From: Lama glama | Taxonomy: Eukaryota | Direction of reading: 5' to 3' | Length of the DNA: 64,000 nt | NCBI GenBank assembly: GCA_028534125.1 | Contig: CM052816.1 | Location: 32,614,001 to 32,678,000, forward strand | Part shown: positions 36,792 through 49,169 of the stretch, piece by piece | Layout: every line of letters begins with the position of its first letter | How positions within the stretch are numbered: the first letter of the stretch is position 1 | Program-made: the position numbers and the translations under genes | The notes under the pieces: model-generated | What the model was told of the DNA's origin: nothing | Seen by the model: the letters and a program-made list of their open reading frames with translations, nothing else | Database searches by the model: none

Positions 36792-37499
36792 GAGTTCAAC
36801 TTTTGAAGCGGGCTGCCCAAGGTGGTCTACTTCCATCTGTGGGGCACACACACACCTTACTGTAGAGTGCAGAATGCACACATTTTAGCCAGTCACTTTC
36901 AACATGCACAAGGAAAGTAGATAGCTCCATTAGGCAATGTCAAAAAAGATAGATGTGTCCAAATTACTAGCCAAAAATGCTTAGTAAGCATCAGAGGGAT
37001 GAATTCTGCTTTCCAAATTACTAAGCACGCTATTCAGAAGTACTGAAACATTCATTTTTCATTACGCATTGTTGTCCAGAAGCCAGGGACAGCTGTCTGC
37101 CTGTAATGCCCCATGGTGATGCCCACAGGAACTTTTGCCTTCAGCATTTAACCCACTAAAAGGTGTGAAAGGACGTGTAGTCATTTAGCATTCCTGACAT
37201 CTAGGATTTGACTGAAGGGTTTTATGCAGAGAAACCTGTGGATCTTGGAAGGTCAATTGCCTACTTTTAGATGATTTTGTTTCAGTAATACCAACTTGTC
37301 TGGTTTTCTCTGCGTAAAAATACTGAAACAAATGATCACAGTATGTATATGTAGTGTATGCATAAATGTATCATAGGCTGTAGGTATGCATCTTTCTGGG
37401 AGGCAGGCTTTGGATTTAAGTCATGATGAATTTAAAATGTGGCGTTTTGCTTTGATTCTACAGAAGGTGGAATGGAGAAATCAGTCATCTCTAAGTAAC

Positions 37500-37672
37500 T
37501 GTTTTTGAAAATGATGTCCTAGGACTATCTGCATCAGAATTACCTGACTTTAAAAAACTTTATATTTCAGAGTTTCATCCCAGGTAGGGCCTGGGAACTT
37601 GCTTTTTAGCAAACATTTAGGGGATTCTGATGCAGATGGCCCCATCATCTCTTGTCTAACAAACACTACTCT
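37500..37672. mobile_element. MER5-like relic
   Basis: 'tctgcatcagaattacctg...ggtagggcctgggaacttgctttttagcaa...gggattctgatgcag'. Confidence 0.65.
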
Positions 37673-38774
37673 GGGGGAAACAGCAGAGCACTCCCTCAAA
37701 GCCCCCTACAGAGGAACTGAGTTCTCTTCTCCCCTTGGTGGAAGGAAGGAATTTAGCATTTATAGTACTGAATTATTTTAGGCAGAACTGCTCATAAAAA
37801 GGAATTAATGGCAGTTAATAGCATTACTTTGACATCTGTCAACTTAGTCATCTTTTCTCATTCTGGTATTCAATTTTTCTCTATGATGAAATGAGCCCTT
37901 GTGCTCTAGCCATGGACCTTCAGTTACTCTCATTTTTGGTTATGTAGCTCACTAAAGGAGCAAAGAAATATCCACTCTGGCCACTGTGTGTAGGGAATGA
38001 TTCCATTACCGAATGAATATCCTTTTATTGGTAACTAATAATGTAATAGTGTGATGAGAATTCTAGCTGGATTTTTCCTTCTGACTGCTAGAACACTTTG
38101 AAGAGAAAGCATACAATAGGAAGTACAGGAGAAAATAGGAGGTGTAGGAACATTCTCTTTGAATGGTTTGAAACCATTTCGTAAGAAACTTATATAAAGT
38201 AGGCAGAGTTCTTATTTAACGCTTTTGTCATTACTTTCAAATTCCCCCATCTCCTCAGCAGTTTCTTTGATGAGAACACATAGCGATCCTCCTATTCCTC
38301 CTGCCATCACCCAAGTGCCCCTCATTTCCATCTAAGGGACCTCCAATGAAAAGTTTCTCTTCCTTTCTATACACCAGAATTTATTCTCCTGTCAAACGGT
38401 GCCTATTCACTTATTAATATCAATGTATAAATTATAAATTAAATATTATCGAACAGAATCCAGCAGCACATCAAAGGAGTAACTCACCAAGGCCAAGTGG
38501 GTTTCATTCCAGAGATGTAAGGGTAAGTCCATTGTAGGAACATTATTAACTTAATTCATTTTAATAGATCTTGTAAGAAAAGTCATCTAAGATTACCTCC
38601 ATTGATTCTGGATAAGTTCTTGAAAAAAAAGTACATCTATTCTTCATAAAAACTCTCAGTCCTAAACATGATTGAGTAGATCTGTCTTAACCCAAAAACC
38701 ATCATTATACTTAACAGGGAACCACCAGAAATGTTTCCACCAGAGTCAGAAACAAACAAAGGTTATTTAATCAC

Positions 38775-39035
38775 TCACAGTGAAGTAAATGGTGAAGTTT
38801 GTGGAATTTTGTATTCAATTACCAGGGTTCAAATCCCAGCCTTGCCACCTAGAACCTATGTGACTGTGGGCAGTTTACTTACTATTTCTCTGCTGAGTTT
38901 CCCTTTCTGTAAGTGGAGATATGATAATACTTAAATCTTAAGGCTGCTTGCTGTGAGGTGTTAATAGCTTGACAGGTGTAAAGTACTCAATAGGTGCATG
39001 TAAGTATTTGGTAAATATTGGCTGTCATTGCTACT
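38775..39035 (+). mobile_element. MIR nested in L1M
   Basis: 'gggttcaaatcccagccttgccacctagaacctatgtgactgtgggcagtttactta...ttccctttctgtaagtggagat'. Confidence 0.85.
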
Positions 39036-39710
39036 ATTTAATATTATTTTTGAGATACTAGACAAACCAAACAGGAAGAAGAAGGGAATTAGAGGTGTTA
39101 AGAGATAAAATTATCTACATTTTAGTTACTATAATTGTAAAGCTTGAAAATCCAAGAAAGTCTACTGAAAAATGACTACAAATATAAAGAAAATTCTTTA
39201 AATATCAGCATATAAAATTCACATATGAAAATCAACAGACCTTATGTATATAAAGAAAACTTGAATGAAAATAAAGCCATAGCATGTTCCTGCATAGGAA
39301 GACTCAACATCATAAAGATGTTTAGTCCTCTCTTAATTAAGTTATAAGTTTGACATTAATAAAAAAAATGAGGACTTTTTTAAAAAAATTGGATAAGTTA
39401 ATTCTTAATTTCATAAGCAGAACAGTCATGTGGGAAGTTCCAGGGAAATTCTGGAAAATAAGAGAGTAAGTGGTAATTTATTTGACCAGATTGTAAACAT
39501 TATAAAGTCGCAGTAATTTTTAGCACACACATAGGCAGATTGACTGAATAGAATATGAGCTCAGAATTGAACCTGAACAGATATGAGAATTTAGCAAACA
39601 ACAAAATTGTCATCTAGAACCAGTTGAGAAAAGAGGAACTACTCCCCACTTCCAAAAAAATAATGATGAGATAACAGTGTAGGCCATCTGGGGAAAATAG
39701 AGGTAGGTCC

Positions 39711-40197
39711 TGTCAAGAATTGTGATGAGTCTGAGATTTTACCCTGCTTATAGGCTAACAAGTTAGCCTGCTGGGTTTTCATAGATGCTGTCAGAAACAT
39801 GAGATTCCTACATCAAATATAAAAGATTTCCTTACTTATGGCACAGCAAAAACCATGAACTTCACAATTGCATCAGTTCCTCTGCTCCCTAGGTAATGCA
39901 AAGATCCATCCAGGTGGAGGCTGCATGCACAGTGAGTGTGTGTCATGGTAGAGGAACTCTGAGTTTAGGAAACTCTCCATCTTACAAGGGCACTGCAAGC
40001 AAATCTAACCCAGAGAGAAACGTTATCTTTATCATCCTGGACAGCAAACAAATCTGTCCTTTGACCTGGAGGGAAACACTATTGCTGTTTCCCAAGGCTG
40101 ATCACTATGAAGACATTGTTGAACAGGCAGTTTGGAACAAAAGCTGTCCTAAGATGCATGGAAACATGAGAGACCCATGAAGAGTCAACTCCCCACA
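39711..40197 (-). mobile_element. ERV1-type solo LTR nested in L1M (family not assigned)
   Basis: TG...CA termini; 'gagattttaccctgcttataggctaacaagttagcctg' resembles eutherian ERV1 LTRs; 4-bp TSD gtcc/gacc. Confidence 0.7.
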
Positions 40198-40846
40198 GAC
40201 CAGTACCAATACCTTGTACTAAGATAAATTCCAAATGGATCAAAGAATCAAATGTTTACCCAAAAGTAAGCAATAAAAGGACCATTAAAAAGGGAGAGTG
40301 GTAAAGGCCTTTCTAAACTATTACACAAAAACATTAAACGTAACTTTTAAAGTATACACTAAAATCACCATAAGCAAAGCAAAGAAAGAAACTCAGAAAA
40401 AGAATTTGCAACTTATGTCATAAACACATAGCTAATTTAACCTAGTGTAACTGTTACAAATAAAATGCTGAATGAAAAACCAAAGACCAATAAAAAAATG
40501 GACAAAGGAGATAAATAGTTCACCAAAAAAAAAATATAAATGTCTCCTAGACATATGAAAAAAATTTAATTAAAATACACTGACACAGTATTTTTCACCT
40601 GTTATATTGTGAAAAACATGAAAATTTGATAATATACTGTGTTGGTGGCCTGCAGTAAAAATAGCTGGAGTATATGCTGAACAAGTCCATCTATTGGATT
40701 TGCTACAATATTACTGTTTAAAATTTTGAACCACAAGATGTTTTAGCTATTTTTAAAACTTAAATTAAAAAAATTAAAAGCTTACCAGTTCTAGCTTATG
40801 ATGGTTTTATTCATAATTACAAAAATAAAAACTACCCAAATGTCTC

Positions 40847-41252
40847 TGCATTAGTCTGCTCAGGCTGCTGTAACAAAATACCACAGACTATGTGGCTTAA
40901 ACAACAGAATTTTATTTTCTTGCAGTTCTTAAAGATGGGAAGGCCAAGACCTAGGTGCCAGCTGATTCAGTTTATGATAAGGACTCTCTTCTTGGCTTGT
41001 AGATGGCCACCTTCTCTCTGTGTGCTTACATGTTCTTTCCTCACTGTGTGTGCTCCAAGAGAGAACTCTTGTGTCTCTTCCTCTCCTTATAAGGGCACCA
41101 GCCCTATCAGGTTAGGGTCCCACCCTATGATCTCATTTAACCTTAATTAAGGTTATAATCAATTTAACCTAAAGGCCCTGCTCCAAATACAATTACATTA
41201 CAGGTTAGCGTTTCAACATATAAATTTGGAGGGGACACAATTTGGTCCACAC
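40847..41252 (-). mobile_element. MaLR solo LTR (MLT1A-like) nested in L1M
   Basis: 'tgcattagtctgctcaggctgctgtaacaaaataccacagact...ccaccctatgatctcatttaaccttaatta...ggggacacaattt'. Confidence 0.9.
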
Positions 41253-42449
41253 CTGTCCTTTAACTAAGCAATCAATAAGCAAAATCTGGTAACTCCATAC
41301 AATGAGATACTACTCAGCAATGAAATTGGACAAATTATTGAAACGCAAAACAACATGGCTAAATCTTGAACTATGACAGGTGATAAAGCTAGAATTAAAT
41401 GGCTATATCTTGTATGAGCCCCATACATATGACAGACTGGAAAAGGCAAACCTATCGGATCAGAAAACAAATCAGTGGTTGCTAAGGAATGGAGAGGGGT
41501 TTGATACAAAGGGATAGAGAGGAATTTTCTTTCTGGTTGTGGTGCTGGTTACATTGGCTCTATGTATTTGTCAGCACTTACAGAACTGAACATTAAAAGG
41601 GCTGCAATTTACTGAATCTAAATTATATTTAGTTTGAAAATGAAAAAGCCTATTCTATATCCTGTACCCTATCAGCTAGTCATAAGGTTATAGAAGGTTA
41701 TAATGTCCAATAATACTATAATATTTCTTCCCTACAAAAGGTTTCTTATTTTTGCTTTTTGAATTTAAAAAAGTCTTTCAGGGAAAGATAATGACTTAGC
41801 TAAAGTGATGAATCTCAATGAAGATTTAGGGAAAGATTTTTTTTTTCCGTAGGTTACAATGTCCTTCATGTAACCCCACAAACAGAAAGTCACTAACTGA
41901 GCCTCCAAGCCTACAGACTAATAATATTGCTATCAAAGTTAAAGTAAGAATTTATGGAAACAGACCCGAGCTTTCTACCTTGGAGCCAGTTTTTTAAAGA
42001 ATGGACAAAGGCATTAAAGGCATTCAGAGAACATGAACCCAACCTGCTATGTCCTCTAGCAACACCTGCTCATAGGAGGAGAGATAGGATTCTTTTTCTC
42101 AGTTGATGTCCTCTACTCTGACCCCTGCCTCTCTCCATTTTCCTGCCATCTGCCCAGTGTCCACACAGCAACCAAATATCATTTCTACCGTGTTCTACCA
42201 TCAATAAAAGACAGATAAACTGATGAGCAAAGCCTTTCCCTATAGCAACATCAGAATGTTTTTTAAACCCCACCAAGCAGGAAATAACAGATGAAAGTCA
42301 CAATCTCTAATGGAGCTTCTCTTAGAGAAAAACTACTGGCACAGGTAGGCTGTCAGTTAGTGGATGCGGCACATGTGCAGGCAGATTCTCTAGAGAGTTT
42401 CTCCATTTATTTGATAGGCAGTGAAATTTGTTTAAAATAGTTTTGGTCA

Positions 42450-42610
42450 GGGGAGGGTATAGCTCAAGTGGTAGAGTGCATGTTTAGCATGCAAGAGGTT
42501 CTGGGTTCAATCATCAGTACCTCCTCTAAAAATAAATAAATAAATCTAAATTACCTCCACCCCAAAAGAAAAAATTTTTAAAGAAGTATTTTTTAAAAAA
42601 ATAATAAAAT
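42450..42610 (+). mobile_element. tRNA-Ala-derived camelid-type SINE
   Basis: 'ggggagggtatagctcaagtggtagagtgcatgtttagcatgcaagaggttctgggttcaatcatcagtacctcc' followed by aaataaataaa...aattacctcc and an A-rich tail. Confidence 0.92.
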
Positions 42611-43019
42611 ACATTTAGGGAATCATCAGACAAGAAACCATCAGGCTGGAAAGGTCATCCTGTCCAGGATGAAAACAAAAACTACTTTCCTCCAAAATAA
42701 AATCTCCCATTCTGCTCCTCATCCTTAGATTCCTTTTGTCATTTCCCCAGTAGTCAGCTTAGCACACTGTGAAAAGATGGATGTGAGTCTGTTATCCAGA
42801 CTTTTTCCAAGCTGGAGAATTAGTCTGAAAAGTAGGCGGGAATGGGACTGGGGATGTGTAAATGGGCACAGTTCCTGGAGGGGCTGTGGACCCCTGCTGT
42901 ACAGAACCTGGGCCTCCAGTGCTGACTGTGAGTCTGAGGTCTGTGTGTGTTCGGGCTGGCCTGCCCCGGAAGAAAGTGCAGCCACTGTCAAGAATAGCTC
43001 TGCAAGATAGCTGGCGTTC

Positions 43020-43100
43020 AGATAGCTGCGCATGCTCATTGCTGCTGCTTCTGCAGCTGCAGAAGCAGCTCTGCGCTGCCTTTTTCAGGCCTGGGCTGCC
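43020..43100. promoter_or_regulatory. Candidate regulatory element (NRF1-like site plus 26-bp palindrome)
   Basis: TGCGCATGCTCA at 43027-43038 (one mismatch to NRF1 TGCGCATGCGCA); perfect palindrome 43044-43069; locally GC-rich, with no repeat recognised. Confidence 0.35.
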
Positions 43101-43251
43101 CGATGAAACCCACAGAAATATCTACTCCTCCCCACTCCTCTCAGCCAGTCACTCATCCCTATTTTTAGGATTCCTTAGCAACTGAGCAGCCTGTTATTCC
43201 ATAACTAATATTTTGCATTCCTGACTCCAATACTACACTCCCCCCTCCCCC

Positions 43252-43323
43252 CAAATGTATGCTGTATTGTCCCTGCAGGTTCTCCCCCTCAAATGTATAT
43301 CTTACTGTCCCTGCAAGTTCTCC
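43252..43323. repeat. 38-bp-period tandem duplication (diverged)
   Basis: caaatgtatgctgtattgtccctgcaggttctcc / caaatgtatatcttactgtccctgcaagttctcc. Confidence 0.85.
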
Positions 43324-46163
43324 AAGGACAGGAAAAGCACATTCATCAGGATCTGCTCTGTGCCTCGTAACTCTTGGACTCAGAGAATTCTTCCTATGTC
43401 CACCCTAATCTCCTTCTAATGAGGTTGAATCCTTTCCTCACTCTCCATCTTCACTCCAGATATGGACTAGCCAATCAGCATTCTCTTTGTAATAAAATTT
43501 CATTTTGCTTTATCAGAAACAAGAACAGCATATTAAAAAAATCTGCTATCTGCTTTTGAAGAAGGCAAAGGGCAAGAGAGCTGCATCAGCCCCATTGTGG
43601 CCCCGCTATGGCCCCAATATGGGAGGAAGGGAGGGGAGAATTTCTTTTGTTAAGTCCCCAGGCCAAAGGAATTCTGCCATTTTTGTTGTAAATCATAGAA
43701 GCATTTGTTCTACTGTTGTAAGATGTTCTAACACAATGGAGTGGGGGAAAATCTCTGCTTTTTTAAACTTAGGATCATTTATAATCATTCAGTCTTGGCA
43801 GGTCTAGTTCTCACCCATCACTCACTCTTACAAACAGCTTGTTCCTATTCTTAGCTTGGTGGGGATGTTTGACTGTGTGATGTATTTTGAAAAAATAAGC
43901 TAGAGTCATTGAATGTACAAATAAAGGAGCTCATTTTATAGATATTTAAATTAAGATGGCACTAACCTTAAAAAAAACTAGTCTGTCTTCCACAATAAAA
44001 TTAAATTTTAAATGTATCATATTTATTATGAACATTTCTTTCTGATGAAAAAGATTCTATTTCTCTTTTACCATGAGAACTTGACAATAGCTAGTTCTAC
44101 AGTGAGATTTTGACAAATATCAATGTACTTTTAAGTTGGACAGTGTGGGTTCTAGGCTCAATAGTAGGGCCTTTGTGCTTCTGCTTTCCTGTGGCAGCTG
44201 GTATGCTCCACTGAAGAATTTGTCCTCAGCAGAGCCTGAACCAGGACATTATTTGAGGCAGGCCCTTCATTTTCTTGCCAACTCTTTGAAGCTTTGCCCA
44301 GTGCAAAGCTCATATCACTCTAGTACATTGTAGAATGACAAGATGGAATTTACATTAGCCTGAGCTCTGTGAGCCCATGAACTGTAAACTCTTTTGATGT
44401 AGACTAGAATAATACCTTATTTTGACATTAATTTCAGCCTAATAAACTAAGATAGAAAATTAAAGAAAGGTGTTGTGCAATTTTGGGTAGGTTGGAGGTA
44501 CTGATTGTCTCAAAGAGCCCCCTTTACCCAGAATATTGTGTTACAATATTACACCCTAACAGCCCAATGAAGTAAGTGACCATTATAACTATTACCCCTG
44601 AGATTAAGTATGTGTAGATTTCACACTTCACTCTACAATTTTGTCATCAGAATCTGTCTTTAAGACATTGTTATCTGCTCTTAGTAAATGGTGTGGATAA
44701 ATGTATTCTAATAGCTTCATCCACATTAATATATATTTTCAAAAAATTTTTATTTTAATTCTCGTCTATACTACCAAATGATGTAAATAATTTTTATCAT
44801 TATGTAAGATAAGCCAAAAAGACCACTTTTGCATCAGCCAGCTATATGTTTGAACAGAATTATTTAGACTATTTGCCTCAATATTCAGAATCACTTTGAT
44901 CCAGCTGACTTTCTGGTAGTTTTAGCCAAAAGCCACTTGGGATCACCCCACCTGAATGGTTCTCTGGGGACCTTTAGGATCCAGAAGTCTTTGGTCCCGT
45001 AAGTCTACAAGAAAAGCTTTCTAGTCAAGGAGCTAGAGAGAGAACTGGAGGCTAAACCAACCCATGCTACTGTCCTTGCTGCCGCTGTCGTCTCTATAAG
45101 CTTTTCAGTCCAGGACAAGAGTCCACCTGAGATTTGGCTTGTCTCCTTTGTTTCAGAAAGAACCCAGAAAGGGAAGCTGCATGCTCTCCAGGGCTGCTTT
45201 TCCTAAAGTCCTAGCATCAAGATTTGATGGTTCTAATTAATGGAGCCCTCACTCCCTCTTCCCCTCCCCTGCTCCTTTCTGGAGGAAACGAACGGGGGAG
45301 GAACAAATGGTGGGCATCACATTTCTCCAACCTCAGCCACAAACAAATTAAATTCTGGTACCCAAAGGGGCCATTTTGTTCTTTTACTAAAGGCAAATCC
45401 AGCATCTTCTTTGTTTAACACCTGAAAAGCCAGTTTGTAATAAGGATTCATGGGTACTACACCTAGAAACTATACACCTGAGTAGTTCCTTATGCTGAGA
45501 TTTTGCCAAAAGGTTCTACTTCATTCTTATATAACTCCTATGAGATAATTTGTGAAATAAGATTTTGGCCCTAAGCACGTTTCTTAGAAGTAAATAAGAA
45601 ATGTAGGTAAATATTATGCAGGTTACTTTGAAGCTACTACTCTGTACTCCCTCCACTACCAGTTTTAATAACTGTTTTTAAAATACCATGTTTTGATGGG
45701 AGCTTTGCTGTTCTCAGCTCCTTCTCCCATCTGCTGCATTTTGTAACAAAGCCATAATCTGGGGTTTATGGTGTTAGTTGCTGTGGAAATTAATGTAATG
45801 CTATGCTATCAATGTTTTACTGAGACAGCATGGATCAGTGAAGGGGCTTGAAATGTAAATATTGAACTCAGTAAGCATCTGAGAAAAGTAAAACATTTAA
45901 TAAATAGAATCAATTTTAGAGTTAATATATATTCATCTTTGTACTCACATAATGCTTAGTTGCAGGTACAATTTAAAGGATTAGGCCAAAGCAAATTCTC
46001 TTTGAAAAGATCTATTACTTGGGAAATGAGATTGCATACAAATGAAGAGATGAAGCTATTGTATTTTCAAGTGACCTCCATTTTAGGTCCCAGCATAAAG
46101 TATTTTACAAAGATAATTGACCTCTCTTCCGCTTCAGAATATTAGATTAGTAACACTTGGATC

Positions 46164-46182
46164 TGTGTGTGTGTGTGTGTGT
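46164..46182. repeat. (TG)9 microsatellite
   Basis: Read directly. Confidence 0.9.
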
Positions 46183-46394
46183 TGGAGGTAGGGAACTAGT
46201 ATAGGAGGAAAGACGAAGCCCTGTAATAGAAGACTTTTCTTGCTTCAATAAGCCTTTTATTCCTAACGCTAGAGTGAAAAGAAATCATGTCTCTCTCAGC
46301 ACCTTTCTGCCTTCCCATTCCCTCCACTTCAAGGTAGAACTGGCCTAGGCCTGAGCCTTCGTCCAAGCTTCCTGCCTCAGGAATTTACTAAACC

Positions 46395-49140
46395 ATGAGA
46401 ACTGGTAAGGATATACGTACATATGGTCAACTGACTTCCAACAAAAGTGCAAAGAAAATTGAATGAAGAAAGAATAATCTCTTCAGTAAGTGCTGGGGCA
46501 ATTTGCATTATCCATATGCAAAAAAAGGAACCTCTACCTGTATCTTGCCCTATATGCAAAAATAGATCATAGACATAAATGTACAACCTAAAAACTATAA
46601 AACTCCTAGAATAAATCATAGGAGAAACAATTTATGACCTTGGGTTAGGTAAGTTTCTTAGATACAACACCAAAAATGTGTTTTATTTAAAAAACAACAG
46701 ATAATTTGGACTTCAAAATTTAAAATTTCTCCTTTTCCAAAGACACTGTTAAAATGAAAATACAAGTTACATACTGGGAGAAAATATTTGTAAAATGCAT
46801 ATCAATTAAAAGACTTGTATCCCGAATATATAAAGAGTTATCTAAACTAAAAAAAAAAATGCCACTACACACCTGTTAGAAAGCCCCAAAACTGGAACAC
46901 TGACAACACCAAATGCTGGCAAGGCTATAGAGTAACAAGAACTCTCATTTATTGCTGATGGGAATACAAAATGGTACAGCCACTTTGGAAGGTAGTTTGG
47001 CAGTTTCTTACAAAACTAAACATACTCTTACTATACAACTTGGCAATCATGCTGGTATTTACTCAAAGGAGTTCAAAATTTACGTCCACACAAAAACCTA
47101 CACACAGATGTTTATAAGCAACTTTATTCATAATTGCCAAAACTTGGAAGCAACCAAGATGTCTTTGAATAGGTGAATGGATAAACTGTGGTACATTCAT
47201 ACAATGGAACATTATTCACTCTACAAAGAAATGAACTATCAAGTCATGAAAAGACATGAAGGAAACTTAAATGCATACTACTAAGTGAAAGAAGGCAATC
47301 TGAAAGGGCTACATACTGTAAAATTGCAACTATAGAACATTCTGGAAGAGGCAACTCTTTGGCAATGATGAAAACATCACTTTTTTGGTGAAGGGCAGTA
47401 AAGGTATAGGCAGAGCACAGAGTATTTTAGGGCAGTGAAAATACTTTGCATGATATTATAATTATAACTGTATGTCATTATACATTTGTCCAAACACACA
47501 GAATGTACAAGACCAAAAGTGAATCCTAACAACCCAATCAAAAAATGGACAGAAGACCTAAACAGACATTTCTCCAGTGAAGACATACAGATCCAATATG
47601 CACATGAAAAGATGTTCAGTGTCACTAATTATCAGAGAAACGCAAATCAAAACTACAAGGAGGTATCACCTTATACTGGTCAGAATGGCCATCATTAAAA
47701 AGTCTACAAGTGATAAATGCTGGAGAGAGTGTGGAGAAAAGGGAACCCTTCTACACTGTTGGTGGGAATGTAATTTGGTGTAACCAATTTGGAAAACAGT
47801 ATGAAGTTTCCTAAAAAAAATTAAAGATAAACTTACCATATGATCCAGCAATCCCACTCCTGGGCATAATCTGGAGGAAATTCTAATTTGAAAAGATACA
47901 TGTACTCCAATGTTCACAGCAGCACTATTTACAATAGCCAAGACATGGAAGCACTCTAAATGTCCATCAACAGATGACTGGATAAAGAAGAGGTGGTATA
48001 TTTATCCAATGGAATACTGCTCAGCCATAAAAACCGACAACATAACGCCATTTGCAGCAACATTGTTGTTCCTGGAGAATGTCATTCTAAGTGAAGTAAG
48101 CCAGAAAGAGAAATAAAAATACCATATGAGATCGCTCATATGTGGAATCTAAAAAAAACACATAAATACAAATCAGAAACAGACTCATAGACATAGAATA
48201 CAAACTTGTGGTTGCCAAGGGGGTGGGAGGTGGGAAGGGACAGATTGGGATTTCAAAATGTAGAATAGATAAACAAGATTATACTGTATAGCACAGGGAA
48301 ATGTATACAAGATCTTATGGTAGCTCACAGAGAAAAAAATGTGACAATGAATATATATATGTTCATGTATAACTGAAAAATTGTGCTCTGCACTGGAATT
48401 TGACACAACATTGTGGAATGACTACAACTCAATAAAAAATATTAAGAAAATAAATGTACATCAGCAGATAACTGGATAAAGATGTGGTATATATTTATAC
48501 AATGGAATACTACTCAGCCATAAAAAGAATGAAATAATGCCAATCTTAGATTATCATACTAAGTGAAGTCAGCCAGAAAAAGACAAATACCATATGATAT
48601 CACTTACATGTGGAATCTTAAAAAAAAAAAACCAACACAAATGAACTTATTTACAAAACAGAAATAGACTCACAGACATAGAAAACAAACTTAGAGTTAC
48701 CAAAAGGGAAAAGGGGTGGGGGAGGGATAAATTAGGAGTTCTGGATTTATAGATAAAACTACTGTATATAAAATAGATAAACAGCAAGGTCCTACTGTAT
48801 AGCACAGGGAACTATATTCAATATCCTGTAATAAATTATAATGGAAAAGAATACAAAAAAGAATATATGTGTAACTGAATCACTATGTTATACACCAGAG
48901 AGTAATACAACATTGTAAATTGACTACAGTAAAAAAAGAGTGAACCCTAAGATAAACATGGACTTTGAGTGATTGGGATGTGTCAATGTAGTTTCATACT
49001 TGGTAAACAAATGTATGTGCCACTTTGATAAGTGGTGCTAATAATGGGGAAAGCTATTCATATAGGGGGTGGGTCCTGGGGATATATGGAAAATCTCTCT
49101 ACCTTGCTCTCAATTTTGTTGTAAACCTAAATCTGCTCCC
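46395..49140 (+). mobile_element. L1MC-type element (host) split by a younger L1 insertion
   Basis: L1 ORF2 end and 3'UTR motifs 46395-47529; sequence resumes at ~48936 ('gtgaaccctaagataaacatggactttgagtgatt...ggaaaatctctctaccttgctctcaattttgttgtaaacctaa'). Confidence 0.85.
47530..48935 (+). mobile_element. Younger composite L1 insertion (two tandem L1 3' ends)
   Basis: ORFs give L1 ORF2 peptides ([67 protein letters not shown]); flanked by TSD aaagtgaatcctaa / agagtgaaccctaa. Confidence 0.93.
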
Positions 49141-49169
49141 CCCAAAAGTCTTAAGTAAATATATAAACA

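Larger units (their letters stand above)
38440..41640 (+). mobile_element. Ancient L1M (ORF2 to 3'UTR), fragmented by MIR, an ERV LTR and MLT1A
   Basis: Collinear L1 motifs: 'gaatccagcagcacatcaaa...ccaagtgggtttcattccag', 'catgttcctgcataggaagactcaacatcataaagatg', 'ataaattccaaatggatcaaag', 'ccatacaatgagatactactcagcaatgaaa'. Confidence 0.8.
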
